Origin: Isurus oxyrinchus
Lineage: Eukaryota
Assembly: GCA_026770705.1 (NCBI GenBank)
Contig: JANJGN010000007.1
Location: 68,944,001-69,008,000, forward strand
DNA: 64,000 nucleotides
Direction of reading: 5' to 3'
Numbering within the stretch: position 1 is the stretch's first letter; every line of letters begins with the position of its first letter. Below the pieces are notes generated by a model. The model had not been told where the DNA came from, did not search any database, and saw only the letters and a program-made list of their open reading frames with translations. The position numbers were made by a program, and so were the translations under genes. Below, piece by piece: positions 13,170-26,310 of this stretch.

Positions 13170-13672
13170 GGACTAGATTTTCCTCTGCTATACCAAATAG
13201 TGGTATAAAATTGAGGTAAATGAAGTGGAGAGAGTGACTGCCGAATCCCCATTGGTTGCAATGTACTTTCTCCCACCCAACAGGGATCTCAGTCTATAAC
13301 AGACTTCCTCATTGCATTTAAATAATGGAGGGGGCACAGGGACTGGGAAAGTAGATGATTTCCCTGTGCCCCTCCCTCTGTAATTTATGACCTCTGGGAC
13401 TGCCAGGGGAGGAGCAGTGCTGATCGTAAATTAACCTGCCATTACTTCGATTGGATGGAGTAGGTCTATTAATGGCCATTTCTCCCTGTGTAATAAGCCC
13501 AGACAGTTACTACTTCTGGGAGGTTCTTCCCTATAAGTAATTAACTACCTCTTCATTATACTAAAGAGGAGAAGGGACATGGGTCAGGATCACAGTGGGC
13601 CTGTGATGGCAGTCAGAAATCTTATCCCTCCCTTTGTCAGTGGCAAATAAGCCCATAAGGAAACTCCAGGCC
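13170..13672. mobile_element. MITE with imperfect TIRs and internal palindromes (Harbinger-like)
   Basis: Termini ggactagattttcc ... ggaaactccaggcc; internal inverted pair ggggcacaggg / ccctgtgcccc. Confidence 0.55.
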
Positions 13673-13689
13673 AAAAGCGCTATTCAATC

Positions 13690-14090
13690 CCTAGATGAAT
13701 GGTGAGTGAGATGCACAAAAGGCCAAGTTGAAGGCTGGAGGATGTTGAAGATGGAGTGAGGCCCTGGATAAATTTGAAGATAAGGATGAGAATTTAAAGT
13801 TCAGTGTGATGGAGGACAAGAACCCAATGTAGGTCAATGTGAATGGGGTGACCCAGTGAGCAGAACTTAGTGTGGGAGAGGATATGTGCCAATGTGTTTT
13901 GAAAAAGTTGCAGATTGTGAGGGGTGTAGAAGAGGCCAGCAAGGAGCATACTGGGGAAGTTGAGTTTAGGGTTGGAGGAGAGTTTTCAGTGATTATGGGA
14001 CTGAAGTTGGAATGGAGGTAGGCAATGTCAGAAGAGTAAGTGAGTTTGTAGAAAGATACCACAAATCTGCACTGCAGAGTCATCTACTGG
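13690..14090 (-). mobile_element. L2-type LINE C-terminal RT fragment
   Basis: Decayed L2 HITP..LHWLP..FKIL region (AHWVTPFTLTYIGFLSSITLNFKFSS in a shifted frame). Confidence 0.6.
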
Positions 14091-15166
14091 CCAGGACCTG
14101 AAAAGAGACTGACAGTTGGCATCGTAAAATTGACTGAGGAATGTTGACTAAACAATTTATAACGGTAAAGCTTCACAGAGAAACATGACTCAAAATTTAA
14201 GCAACAGAAAGTTAGTTTTCTGAATGGGAGAGAGAGAGAGGCAAGGTGGTGAGAGATAGAAAAACATTTTTGAAATATATGGATTGTGTTTAAAAAAAAG
14301 CCAATATCAAGCGCTTTATGTAATATCTAGCATTGCCACTACTCAGATTGTTTCTAGACTGGGAACCACTTCATTAATCCAAGTTATCTTGTAATTTTTC
14401 TGAGGGAGATGGATAAGTTAGATTTTCATATGTACTGTAAATCCATTTATAAAGAACACATTTACAGTTTTTTGAAAATCACACAGGAAATTTTTCCCAA
14501 ATGGTAACAACCAAGATAGTGGCTAACAAAAAGCTCTAGTTCTTGCCATTAAATGTGTGCTATTTTCATCCTTTTTAAAGGCTCCATTGGCCAGTTGTAC
14601 CAGAAAGAAATATCATATTCCCTGTCGCAAAGCCAGGCAATGACAGCTGTTTTTAAAAAAATCTTTGGTGAGCCCCAATTGTTGCCCTCACCACTGGTTA
14701 AAATACTCTTGGTTCTTTCTCCAGTAAAAGTAAATTATTTAACAGAAACCTTTCCACATTGTTGAGCTGAAAGCAACTGAGATATGTGTGGAATGTAAAT
14801 TGGGAACTGAACACTAGCTGGTGCCTTGATGGGAGTGAACACATTGCAACAATTATATTCACTTGTGTATCTGTTTCTTTTCTTTCTTTGACAAAATATT
14901 CCAGTTTTGTCTGGAAATAAAAGTAGCTAGTTATTACTGCAATAATTCAAATATTTATTCAGGCAAAATGGCAGTGTCTCTTTTTAATTGGTCTGTAAAC
15001 AGATTCATTAATTACCTGGCTGTTTTCAACTGGCATGTGTTCCATCTGCTCTAGCCTCATGTCATTAAGCAAAGCACTGATGCTAGATTTGACCCCTCCC
15101 TCCAAAAGCCATATTCCCTTTTTTTAAACTGGTTATCTTTTGATGAGGCCTGACGCCAGTTCTGTC

Positions 15167-15196
15167 TGTGTGTGTGTGTGTGTGTGCGCGCGCGCG
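15167..15196. repeat. (TG)10(CG)5 alternating purine-pyrimidine microsatellite
   Basis: Read directly from the sequence. Confidence 0.95.
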
Positions 15197-15707
15197 CATC
15201 TTTCGTTTCCATAGCTCAGAATCAATCAATGCAAATGTAAATCTAGTTTGGAGCAGTGAATGTTCAAATGTACACCAGAGTGTTAGAAACTAGCATTGAG
15301 ACTGAAACTTGCTAAACTGGCAAAGTCAGTTTTCCAATCTCAGGCTGTGAGCATTAGGAAAAGAAGGAGTTCAGCAATGGCACAAGGGAACCAGCTGGGT
15401 TTCACAAAAACAAGTCTATTATATTTCCCAACTCCCTGCCCCCCACTCCTTTCCAATTCCACGTCCTTCTCCCAACACCCTGCCCCACTTCTTCTTTCAA
15501 CTCCCCACCCCCTCCACTTCTTCCCAATTCCTCGCCCCTTCTTCCCAACTCTCTGCCCTTCTTCCAGGGCTCAGGAGAGGGGGTGCAGGTGGTGCTAAAC
15601 ACCAGGACCCAGAGCTAAGGGGAGACCAGGCTTAGTGTTTTAAACAGTATTCTCAATGCTCCGGATGACTGAGTAGCCAGAGCTTCAGATCTGAAAGACC
15701 AGCTTAA

Positions 15708-16062
15708 GGGAAGGCGGTGTCGTAGTGGTGTTGTCACTGGACTAGAACTCCAGAGATCCAGGGTTATGCTGTGAGGACCCGGGTTCGAATCCCACCACAG
15801 CAGATGGTGGAATTTGAATTCAATAAAAATCTGGAATTAAAAGTCTGATGATGACTATGAAACCATTCACTTGTCACAAAGACACATCTCGTTCACTAAT
15901 GCCCTTTAGGGAAGGAAATCTGCCACCCTTACCTGGTCTGGCCTATATGTGACTCCAGACCCACAGCAATGTGATTGATTCTTAAATGTTCTCTGAACAA
16001 GGGCAATTAGAGATGGGCAATAAATATAAATAAAAATAGGCAGCAATGCCAATATCTCATGA
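15708..16062 (+). mobile_element. Bipartite tRNA-headed SINE (5' ~290 bp plus 3' ~60 bp of the CR1-group LINE)
   Basis: A box tgtcgtagtgg and B box ggttcgaatcc. Body matches the reverse complement of 11700-12005. Tail caagggcaattagagatgggcaataaat matches the LINE 3' end at 23297-23372. Confidence 0.9.
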
Positions 16063-16319
16063 ACAAAACAAAAACTGGAACCGCTTTTTTTTTAAGAGCC
16101 ATTCTGTCAGTTTCACTGAGTTGCTGCACTCTGCTTCCAATCTTTGGGCAGTTGTTTTGAAAAGCCTGCCAGGAAACCACAAAGCTGCCAAGGTCAGCAG
16201 CGCAGCAACTGTCGAGAGAGAGCAAGTAAGTGAAATCCCTGTAATTTTACAATCAGTTGGATGCTGTGTGTGGTGGTGTGATGGGAGGGGGCGTTGGCAG
16301 GTGAAGGAGTGTGTTTTGG

Positions 16320-16480
16320 AGTGGACGGGTGAAGGTGGAGGTTGCAGGGAGTTGGGGGAATGGTTGGAGGGGGTGGGAGTTGGGGGAGAGGTTGGAGGTT
16401 GGAGGGGGTGGGGGTTGGGGGTGGGCGTGAGATTGGGTGGGCGGTTTGGGGTTGGGGTGATGGAGGGAGGGTTGGGGGTG
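16320..16480 (+). repeat. G-rich low-complexity tract with G-quadruplex potential
   Basis: Many GGG-GGGGG runs separated by short loops. Confidence 0.8.
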
Positions 16481-17961
16481 GCACTTTTAAGGTTTAGTAC
16501 CACAAAATTAGTATGCTTCTCAAAATTCTCTTTTGAATTTAAACCACCATATAAATAGCAGCCTAAATTTTTATTACGCCCTAAAGTAGATGCAATTCTG
16601 ATGACATGCTGTGTTGATGTACCAGATGCTTGATAGTCTTGGGCCTCATCAAAATAAATGCAAGAAACTGAAAACCGGGAGTGATGCAAAACAGGGTGTT
16701 GACCCACTATCACCCATTTTATTACTCTTGTAAAGTCTGGGAATGAAATCCCTATTTGTCACACAGAGATTGCTTAAAGAAAGATTTTACAGAACTCTAC
16801 TCCATCCTAGGTTCACCCCATGCTACACCTTCCTGTTTAATATCTAACATAAGGTGGTCACACTGTGGAACTAAAATTTCTCTGAAGGTGAGGATTCCTG
16901 ATCATCCATCGTAACTTTGGCAAAAAAAATCAATTGAAATCCCAGAGAAGCTACATCAAGAGCTTTTTACCATAAAGGATATTTATAGAAATCCAATCAT
17001 ATGATTTAATTATTTTTAGAAATGATTTTCCTTGGGATTTTGCTGTCACACACTATTTTTTCTGTTGGAGTTTTTTATTTATTATATTTTTCCACTTAAT
17101 TTGCCTGTTTCTCTCTCACCTCAAACAGCAATTAGAATTTCGTTTAAATACTGTTCGCACATTTATTTAGTACAAATATAATGCATCATCATATGGAATC
17201 TGTGGCTAGGCAGTAAATTTATAAATGGACAACACAATTGTATAGCAGTGGGATGGCGCCAGAGAACTCAAAATAGTAAGGTTGTATTAGCTACAGAGTT
17301 GAATTGTTTTGTAAATGTAGTAATTTCTTTATAGCCACCTTCCTAACATCAGTTGATTGCTCTGTGATTAATTATGCTTAGAGCCCCAACATTGGGCCTC
17401 CAATTTTGCCATTGTTACAGTCACTCTGCCTACTGCATGCTGGTGTAATGAAAGAAAGACAAAACCTACATTTATATAGCACCTTTCACAATGTCCCAAA
17501 TCGCTTTACAGCCAATTAAGTACTTTTGAATTGTAGTCACTGGTATGATGTAGGCAATGTTATCAAATGGCCTACTCCTGCTTGTAATAGGTATGTTTGT
17601 ATGTCATTCTGGATGAATGAGGTGAGCTGAGGGGGAGGTGAGATGATTAAGGAGAAAGTGGGGATAGGCGAACGAGGAGCCCGGAACAGGAAAAGCACCA
17701 GGGTCCATGATTTCTCAGCCTGGCCCTGCCTACTTCCCAGCTCCCTGTCCTCCTCCTTCCTTACTGCCTGACTCCCTCCCCCTTCTTCCCAACTCCCTCC
17801 CTTCTGACTCTCCCCCGCCCGCCCCCCCCCCCCAGCAAACTTTCCACCTTGTACTGGAGGTTTAAGCTCTATCAAAATAATAATTTAAATGTTTGCTGAA
17901 TGGTTTTCTGTTTACCACAAACACAGCAATGAAGGGAAACTTTTGCTTCTTAATATGCCTG

Positions 17962-18000
17962 TGACGTTATTCACAACAGGGAAGGGCCCATGATGACGTC
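17962..18000. promoter_or_regulatory. Pair of CRE/ATF-like TGACGT sites downstream of a GC-box-like C tract
   Basis: tgacgt at 17962 and tgacgtc at 17994; cccccgcccgccc near 17812-17833; lies in non-repeat sequence. Confidence 0.3.
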
Positions 18001-21000
18001 CTGAGCTCAGCAGCAGGCTGAGGCAGTAGCAGAAGGATCTGCTTTGTCACAGATGGTGAAGTCCTATCTGCTATCACAGCAGCTCCAATTGTTGCTGCAG
18101 AAACCAAGAATTTGGCACATCTTCAACAAAATTAAAATGTGAGCATCAGTGGGCCAAGGATAATTGTGCTTACACTGTACCAGACCTCACTGTACCAACC
18201 TGACATAGGGTGCATTTCGCTTTCTTTGTTTTTACCGCAGAAAGTTCTGAAAATCTTTCCCTCCCAATTTATTGTCATTTATAACCAATCCCACCATAAG
18301 GCACCTGTCATTTTTGAACGACTTATTGTGTACTTCCTCTTCCAGCTCACAAATATTTCTGATCTTTGGTTTACCTGGTATTGTGCCTTGGTTCACTAAC
18401 ACCCTAAATTCAAAGAGTTAATGTGTTGATCTCAACAGGACTGTAGAACATCTTCAGTGTTGAAGGCCAGACAGCAACAGGAAGCCATGGGTCTGTGTGA
18501 GGGCAGAGAATGAATAACCTCACTGTCCTTACCCAGCACTGCAGGAAAAATTACCCCGGCATCTGATAGCTCTGCCAAGGTAAGCTCACTACAGTCAGTT
18601 CCCTTTACAAATATACAATATTGTACTGAAGGTTGCAGAGGACACAGGGCATTGAAAATTTGATCCATCAGAATTCTAGAGAGACTAAAAAGAATTCTTG
18701 CACACCATAAAATGCAATTTTAAAAAAGTCAAATCTTTTTGATTTGTGTCCATTTTGAGATTAGATCTCAAAATGGTCTGTTACGCATTATAATAATTAT
18801 AACATGGTTATTTAATTTTGTACCATTTTCCCACAAGAATGCAAAATATAATAAGGCTGCAGGTCTTCTCTTTGTTTAGACAATGATTACCAAAGAATAA
18901 TTTTTTTGCGTGAAGAAATGCCCTGTGATCTCTTGATTTCCTTGATTCATGTCACATGATAGAATGAAAAAGATTCAAGTAAACCAAAGTTAGGAATACG
19001 GCACAACTATAATCTTAGCACATAGCACTGTGGAGAAGTCTGAAATTGCAGGTATAAGTGAGTATCCAAGCACACAAAAGAAACTCTTTTGAATAATCTC
19101 ATTTGTTAATAAAATCACAAAATTCAGTTGTTATAAGAGTCGAGTTGGAATCTTTTTGGCTGGTTGTGGTCCCATGGTCTTAGAGATGTTAGTGACATTT
19201 TCCAGCAGTCACATCAGCTAACAGTGTTTGTGAATTTTCAGATGATAATGTTACTGATAAACAATCTCACTGGACAGTAGTAATTAGGTGAGCTTGTCTG
19301 GTTTTTCCATCACTTAGCAATCTCAACGACTAATTATAAGAATGCGATGAGCCTAATTGTTCTGTATTACATCAATTTTGGTAACTTGCTCATTGATTTT
19401 GACTGATGTGAGAGTCTTACTGAAAAATTACATCTGTCATTCGCCCTTGGTAACTACTGGTCTTTCAAAGATAATTATGTGACCGTTACAGTGACAAAGT
19501 CTTGTAATTTAGCTGCTTCAAATGTTTCTATTTCAGATGCAAAAGAATTCCTTTCAAAAAAGTATATGGAATATAAATTAATAAATTTTTCTTCTCATTT
19601 ATAATAAAATTAATAAAAAATCTGTGGTGTGAAGGAGAAACAAGGGGATAGGGAGAGAATTAACTTTAGATTATTGCAGCAAAGAACCAACACAGCCGCG
19701 ATGGACTGAATGGTTTCTTGCTGTGCTCCAAATTCATAGTTAATCATGTTGGTCCTTCCAACATAAACAGCCACAAATAACTTCAATTGCACACTTCTAA
19801 ATTGTAGTTGGACCCCTGCTGAGGTCTATAGAAAACTTTGTTTGGGAAAAATCCACATATATTTTAAATTTTATAAGGTCATATGCAAGTGAATACAGTG
19901 CTTTGTTTTATGCTGTACGGTACGTTTATGAACAAATGAGGAAAGGATTGGGAAATTCATAATCACTTGTTGCTCAGAGGGATCTGTATACCATATGATT
20001 GAATTAACATGTCTCAAGGTCTGAGGTTGGGTGGACAGCAGAAGCTGTGCACATGTAAAACTGTCACCTCGCCAGACCCTATATTCAAAGAGTGATACAG
20101 ATGTATCATTGTGAAGCAACAAAAGTTCTTTTGATGATGGGAGGAACTGGGATTTGAGAGTAGGAAAAGGTGATTTTTTTTCTTGACAGGGTCAGCATTC
20201 CTTTGCCTGGTGTTCCTAATGAAGGCAATACCAGTAGAGGATAATTCCAGCATGTTTAATGAATCTACAGAACTAAAAGGTAGCCAGAATTACATTTTAT
20301 ATCATGTATGCCAATGATTTGCAGGCACTGCAGACCATGCTGGACAAGTGCACCATCAAACTAACAAACCTTTCCATCTGTTTGACCTTGTGATTTCAGT
20401 TCTAAATACACAAACAAGATTTTCAGTTAACTCGTATGTTTGACATTTTGAAGAACCTATGGCTTCATCAGTGCAAAGATTTATTAAAATGACAGTGGCT
20501 TTAAAACGAAGGTTGAGTGCATCTTTTGTTGACAGGTAGCAATTTTTTCTTATAATTGCAGATGCTGCTTTCAATCACCTTCCTGCTTAAAATACCACTT
20601 TTGCAGAGATGTATTGAGTTAGACTCATTCTCTGAAAATGAATATAAGTTTCCTTTCTTTTTCTTTCTCAATTGCTTTCCTTCTACACCAACCTCTATAT
20701 TCTATCTTTCCCCTCCATCTTTCCTCTGTCATTGTCGTCTTTTGCTCTTTGCCTCACAGTTTTCCATTTTGTTTCTCTCTCCAAATGCTAAAATGTTTAA
20801 GGTAAAACAGGTTCAGGAAAAAGATGTGTTCTGAAGCAAAGCTGTTGATTACCATCTGATGGAATCAGGCTGGGTAGAACAGGCGCAACCATCTTGAGGA
20901 AAGGAGGAAAAAGTGGTTAAACTATCTCATTTAATTTAGAAAATAGGGAACTATTACTGACCACATTAATGGTCAGTTAATGAGCATAGTTTAGAAGTAT

Positions 21001-21269
21001 CCTGATCTATCCAGAGGAAGGCAGAATACCTCAGCCATCACTATAGCTACTAATTTCCAGTGTTGTAGACATATCTAACTGAACTATTCCAATAACCAAA
21101 AGCTGATTGTATGCCTGTAGCTTCACGAGTCAGAATTGACACAGATGATCCAAATCCTTCTCACATGATGTGTCAAAAAGGATCTTGTGCATGAAGGTAT
21201 TGTCAGTGGTTGCACAAGCATGGTGCAAGCAGGGAATTGTGACAAAATAAAACAATGAATTTGTTTTCT

Positions 21270-21944
21270 TTATTCTTTCAGGGAATATGGGTGCCACTGG
21301 CTAGGTCAGCATTTATTACACATTGTTAATTGTCCTTGAGAAGGTAGTGATGAGCTGCCATCTTGAACATTGCAGTCCTTGTAGTGTAGGTACACCCACA
21401 GTGCTGTCAGGGAGGGAGTTTCAGGATTTTGACCCAGTTACAGTGAAGGAATGGTTATATGGTTCCAAGTCACTATAGGGTGTGGCTTGGAGGGGAACTT
21501 CAAGGTGGTGGTGTTCCCGTGTGTCTGCTGCCCTTGTCCTTCTTGGTGGTAGAGGTCATAGGTTTGAAAGGTGCTGTTGAAGGAGCCTTGGTGAGTTGCT
21601 GCAGTGCATCTTGTTGATTGTATGCACTACTGCCACTGTGTGTCGTGGTGTAGGGAGTGAATGTTGGGGGTGATGGAGGGATGCCACTCAAGAGGGTTGC
21701 ATTGTCCTGGATGGTGCCCAGCTTCTTGATGTTGTTGGAGCTGCACTCATCCAGGCAAGTGGAGAGCATTCCATCATACTCCTGACTTGTGCCTTGTAAA
21801 TGGTGGACAGGCTTTCGGGAGTCAGGAGGTGAGTTACTCGCCACAGAATTCCCAGCCTCGACGTACTCTTGTGGCCACAGTATTTATATGGCTGATCCCG
21901 TTCAGATTCTGTCAATGGTATCCTCCAGGATCCTGATATTGGGA
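21270..21944 (-). mobile_element. CR1-group (Zenon-like) LINE, 3' part of host copy
   Basis: Antisense 3' end plus LSTIYKAQVRSMMECSPLAW; collinear with the segment resuming at 23373. Confidence 0.9.
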
Positions 21945-21946
21945 GT

Positions 21947-23372
21947 AGCTGTTCCAGTACAGCTACAACATTTGCATCTACATGGCAATGTGGAAAATTG
22001 CCCAAGTACGCCCTGTACACAAAAAGCAGGTCAAATCCAACCCGACCAGTTGCCACCCCATCAGTCTACTTTCGATCATTAGTAAAGTGTTGGAAAGGGT
22101 CATCAACAGTGCTATCAAATGGCACTTGCTCAGCAGTAACCTGCTCACTGATACTCAGTTTGGGTTCCACCAGGGTCACTCAGCTTCTGACTTCATTACA
22201 GCCTTGGTTCAAACATGGAAAGAAGAGCTGAACACAAGTGATGAGGTGAGAGTGACTGCCCCTGACATCAAGGCAGCAGTTGACCGAGTGTGGCATCAAG
22301 GAGCCCTAGCAAAACTGGAGTCGATGGGAATCATGGGGAAAACTATCTGCAGGTTGGAGTCATACCTAGCACAAAGGAAGAAGGTTCTGGTTCTTGGAGA
22401 TCAGTCAGCTCAATTCCAGGACATCACTGCAGGAGTTCCTCAGGGTAGTATCCTAGGCCCAACCATCATCTGCTGCTTCATCAATGACCTTCCCTCCATC
22501 ATAAGGTCAGACGTGGGGACATTCACTGATGATTGCACAATGTTCAGTACCATTCACGACTCCTAAGATACTGAAGCAGTCCTTGTCCCAATGCAGCAAA
22601 ACCTGGACAATATACAGGCTTGGGCTGACAAGTGGCAAGTAACATTTGCGCCACACAAGTGCCAGGCAATGACCATCTCCAACAAGAGAGAATCTAACCA
22701 TCCCCCTTTGACATTCAATGACATTACCATCGCTGAATCCCCCACTGTCAACCTCCTGGGGGTTACCATTGACCAGAAAGTGAACTGGACTAGCCATACA
22801 AATACTGTGACTAGAAGAGCAGGAATCTTGTGGCAAGTAACTCACCTCCTGACTCTCCAAAGCCTATCCAGGTGTGTGATGGAATACTCTCCACTTGTCT
22901 GTATAAGTGCAGTTCCGACAACACTCAAGAATCTTGACACCATCCAGGACAAAGCGACCCACTTGATTGAAATCGTATTCACAAACATTCACTCCCTCTG
23001 CCACTGACACACAGTAGCAGCAGTGTGTACCAGCTACAAGACGCACTGCAGAATCTCACCAAGGTTCCCTAGACAGCACCTTCCAAACCCACGACCGCTA
23101 CAAGGGCAGCAGATAGATGGGAACATTACCTGGTAGTTCCCCTCCAAGCCACTCACCATCATGACATGGAAATATACCGCCGTTCCTTTACTGTTGCTGG
23201 GTCAAAATCCTGGAACTCCCTCCCTATCAGCATTGTGGGTGTATCTACACCACATTGCCTGCAGTGGTTCAAAAAGGCAGCTCACCGCCACCTTCTCAAG
23301 GGCAATTAGGGGTGGGCAATAAATTTTGGCCTAGCCAGTGACATCCACATCCTGTAAATGAATTTAAAAAAA
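21947..23372 (+). mobile_element. CR1-group (Zenon-like) LINE, 5'-truncated copy inserted in opposite orientation into its own family
   Basis: ORFs 21982-22566 and 22591-23007 (PISLLSIISKVLE, QFGFHQGHS, GVPQGSILGP, TFTDD, LGVTIDQKVNW). Ends with the family 3' UTR and an A-rich tail. Confidence 0.92.
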
Positions 23373-25370
23373 GATTCAGCAATGGTAACCCATTGAATGT
23401 TAAGGTGAGAAGATTGGATTCTCTCTTGTTGGAGAAGGTCATTGCCTGGCACTTGTATGGCACAAATGTTACTTGCCACTTCTAAGCCCAAGTCTGAATG
23501 TTGTCCAGGTCTTGCTGCTTATGGACATGGACTGCTTCAGTATCTGAGGAGTCACGAATAGTGCTGAAAATTGTGCAGTAGTCAGCGAACATCCCCTTAC
23601 TTTGGAGGGAAGGTCATTGATGAAGCAGCTGAAGATAGTTGGGCCTCAGATACTACCCTGAGGAACTCCAGTGATGTTCTGGGAGTGAGATAATTGACTT
23701 CCAACAACCACAACCATCTTCCTTTATGCTAGATATGACTCCAACCATTGGAAAATTTTCCCACTCATTCCCATTGACTGCAGTTTTTCCAGGGCTCTTG
23801 GATGGCACACTAAGTCAAATGCTGCCTTGATGTCAAGGGCAACCACTCTCACCTCACCTCGGGAGTTCAGCTCATTTGTCCATGTTTTGCCAAGGCTATC
23901 TTGAGGTCAGGAGCTGAGTGCCCTGGCGAAACCCCAACTGAGTGCCAGTGAGCAGGTTATTGTTGAGCAAGTGCCACTTGATAGCACTGTTGATGACCTC
24001 TTCCATCACTTTACTAATGATCGAGAGTAGACTGATGGAGTGGTAATTGGCCAGGTTGGATTTGTTCTGCTTTTTGTATACAGGACATAACTGGGCAATT
24101 TTCCACATTGCCAGGTAGATGCCAGTGTTGTAGCTGTACTGGAACAGCTTGGCTAGGGTTGTGGCAAGTTCTAGTGCACAAGTCTTCAGTACTATTGCCA
24201 GAATATTGTCCAGACCCATATCCTTTGCAGCATCTAGTGCTTTCAGCCATTTCTTGATGTTATGTGGAGTGCATCGAATTGGCTGAAGACTGACTTCCGT
24301 GATGCTGGGGACCTCAGGAGGAGGCTGAAATTGATCATCCACGTGGCATTTCTGGCTGAAGATTGTTGCAAATGCTTCAGCCTTATCACAGAATCACAGA
24401 ATTTTAATGGCACAGAAGGAGGCCATTCAGCCCATTGTGTCTGCACCAGCTCTGCAATGATCATTATGATCTAGTGCCATTGTCCTGCCTTTTCCATGTA
24501 CCCCTACACATTGTTTCTATTCAAATAATCGCCCTCTTGAATGCCTCAATTGAACCTGCCTCCACCACACTTCCAGGCTTTTGCACTGCTGTGCTGGGCT
24601 CCCTATCATTGAAAATGGGGATATTTGTGGAGCCGCCTCCTCCAGTGAATTGTTTAATTGTCCACCACCTAGATGACTAGATGTGGCAGGATGCAAAGCT
24701 TAGATCTCATCCATTGGGTGTGGAATTGCTTAATTCTGTCTAACACTTGCTGCTTATGCTAATTGGCAAGTTATAGTTTCACCAGGCTGACATCTCGTTT
24801 TTAGTTTTGCCTGAGGCTGCTCTTGGCATGTCCTCCTGTACTTTTCAATGAATCAGGGTTGATCTCCCGGCTTGATGGTAATCATAGAGTGGGAGATACG
24901 TCTGGCCATAACGTTACTTATTGTGGGCATATACAATTCCACTGTTGCTAATGGCGAACAGCCTTTTATGGATGTCCGGTTTTGAGTTGCTAGATCTGTT
25001 TGAAATCTATTCCATATAGCACGGTGATGGTGCTGCACAACACACTGGAGGGTATCCTCAATGTGAAGATGGGACTTCCTCTCCACAAGGAGTGTGAGAT
25101 AGTCACTCCTAACAATACTGTCATGGCCAGATGCATTTGTTACAAGTAGATTGGCGAGGACAAGGTCAAGTAGGTTTTTCGCTTTTGTGGCTCCTTCACC
25201 ACCTGCTGCAGACCCATTCTCGACTCGGCCAGCTCGATTAGTGGTGCCCCCAAGCCACTCTTGGTGATAGATTTGATGTCCCCACCCAGAGTACATTTTG
25301 TGCACTTGCCACCCTCAGTGCTTCTTCAAAGTGGTGTTCAACATGGAAGAGTACTAATTCATCAGTTTGC
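23373..25370 (-). mobile_element. CR1-group (Zenon-like) LINE, RT/APE part of host copy
   Basis: Minus ORFs 23896-24342 (LKTCALELATTLAKLFQYS..NYHSISLLSIISKVME) and 24853-25432 (APE). Confidence 0.9.
24385..24577 (-). mobile_element. Short CR1 3'-end insertion inside the Zenon-like LINE
   Basis: atcacagaatcacaga tail repeat plus ggcacagaaggaggccattcagccc. The host text gcttcagcctt..cttttgcactg is continuous in the copy near 10480. Confidence 0.8.
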
Positions 25371-26310
25371 GGGCGTGGGGGGGTGGCGTGGGTGGTGGTT
25401 TGTGGTGGATGGTAACTGCCTTTTGTGAACATGTGGAGTAAAGGAAGAAGATGTTCCTCTTTCTCTGCTGGTCCCAGGTGAGTTATTTGGCCAATCCAAG
25501 CCAGTTGTCAGTGAGCACGGGCCTATAACTTAAAACTGATCTTGATTTGATACTAAACTGGCAATGTCCATCTCAGTAGCTGCATAACATGTGTAGTGGA
25601 GAATGTGAAAACGTTACACTGATGCAGTTATTACTGCTGCGCTGAGTTTGGGGCTCAGGCACATTGCTGGTAGATTAGAGGGACCCTAGGGTCTTATGAT
25701 GTGGACAGTGAATACCCAAAGTAGAAAGTGTTCATTCTCCTATAGGTATGCCTCAATGTGCAAGTTTGGAATGGAAACAGACAAACTCTAAATTGCCACT
25801 TTATGAAATTTGTAGCCTTGATTGCTCGCATGACAAGCACTACCACTGGTAGACAACAAGCCTTTCGCATGAGCCAAGAGGAGCACCTCAAGGAAATGTC
25901 ACCACAGGCCATTCTCTCTCAATTCCTCATAGCTGCTTAAAGACGAGCGTCAGTTGTAGCCGAAGGAGAAGTCTAGCCTTCAGTGGAGGAAGGCATGTGG
26001 CACAGGAGACTGTGGGATGGGAGAAATCAACCAAATCAAAATAACATGCTAAAAGTATGAAGAAATAAAATTGAAAACAGTTGTGACAGGCATTACTGAT
26101 TAGGTTTTAATAGAAATTTAATAGAGCAATATCAGCAGTGGGTGGAAATCTAGACATGTTTTTATACTTTATCTGACTGAAAATGTCGAGAGCATGATTC
26201 CCCAGCACAACTGGAGCAATTGTTCAAATGCTGCATTTATTTCATTTCCATATTACTGAAATCCATTACAGAGTTTGTCCTGAATTTATTTCAGGGGTTT
26301 AAAATTTTAT

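Noticed and set aside
16046-16713. 170-aa and 218-aa ORFs as real proteins
   Set aside because: Gly-rich or Pro/Thr-rich translations arise from the stop-poor G-rich tract; no domain is recognisable.
18439-18579. Selenoprotein exon (141 nt with a single in-frame TGA)
   Set aside because: No redox motif, recognisable homology or SECIS seen; one stop in 47 codons is expected by chance.
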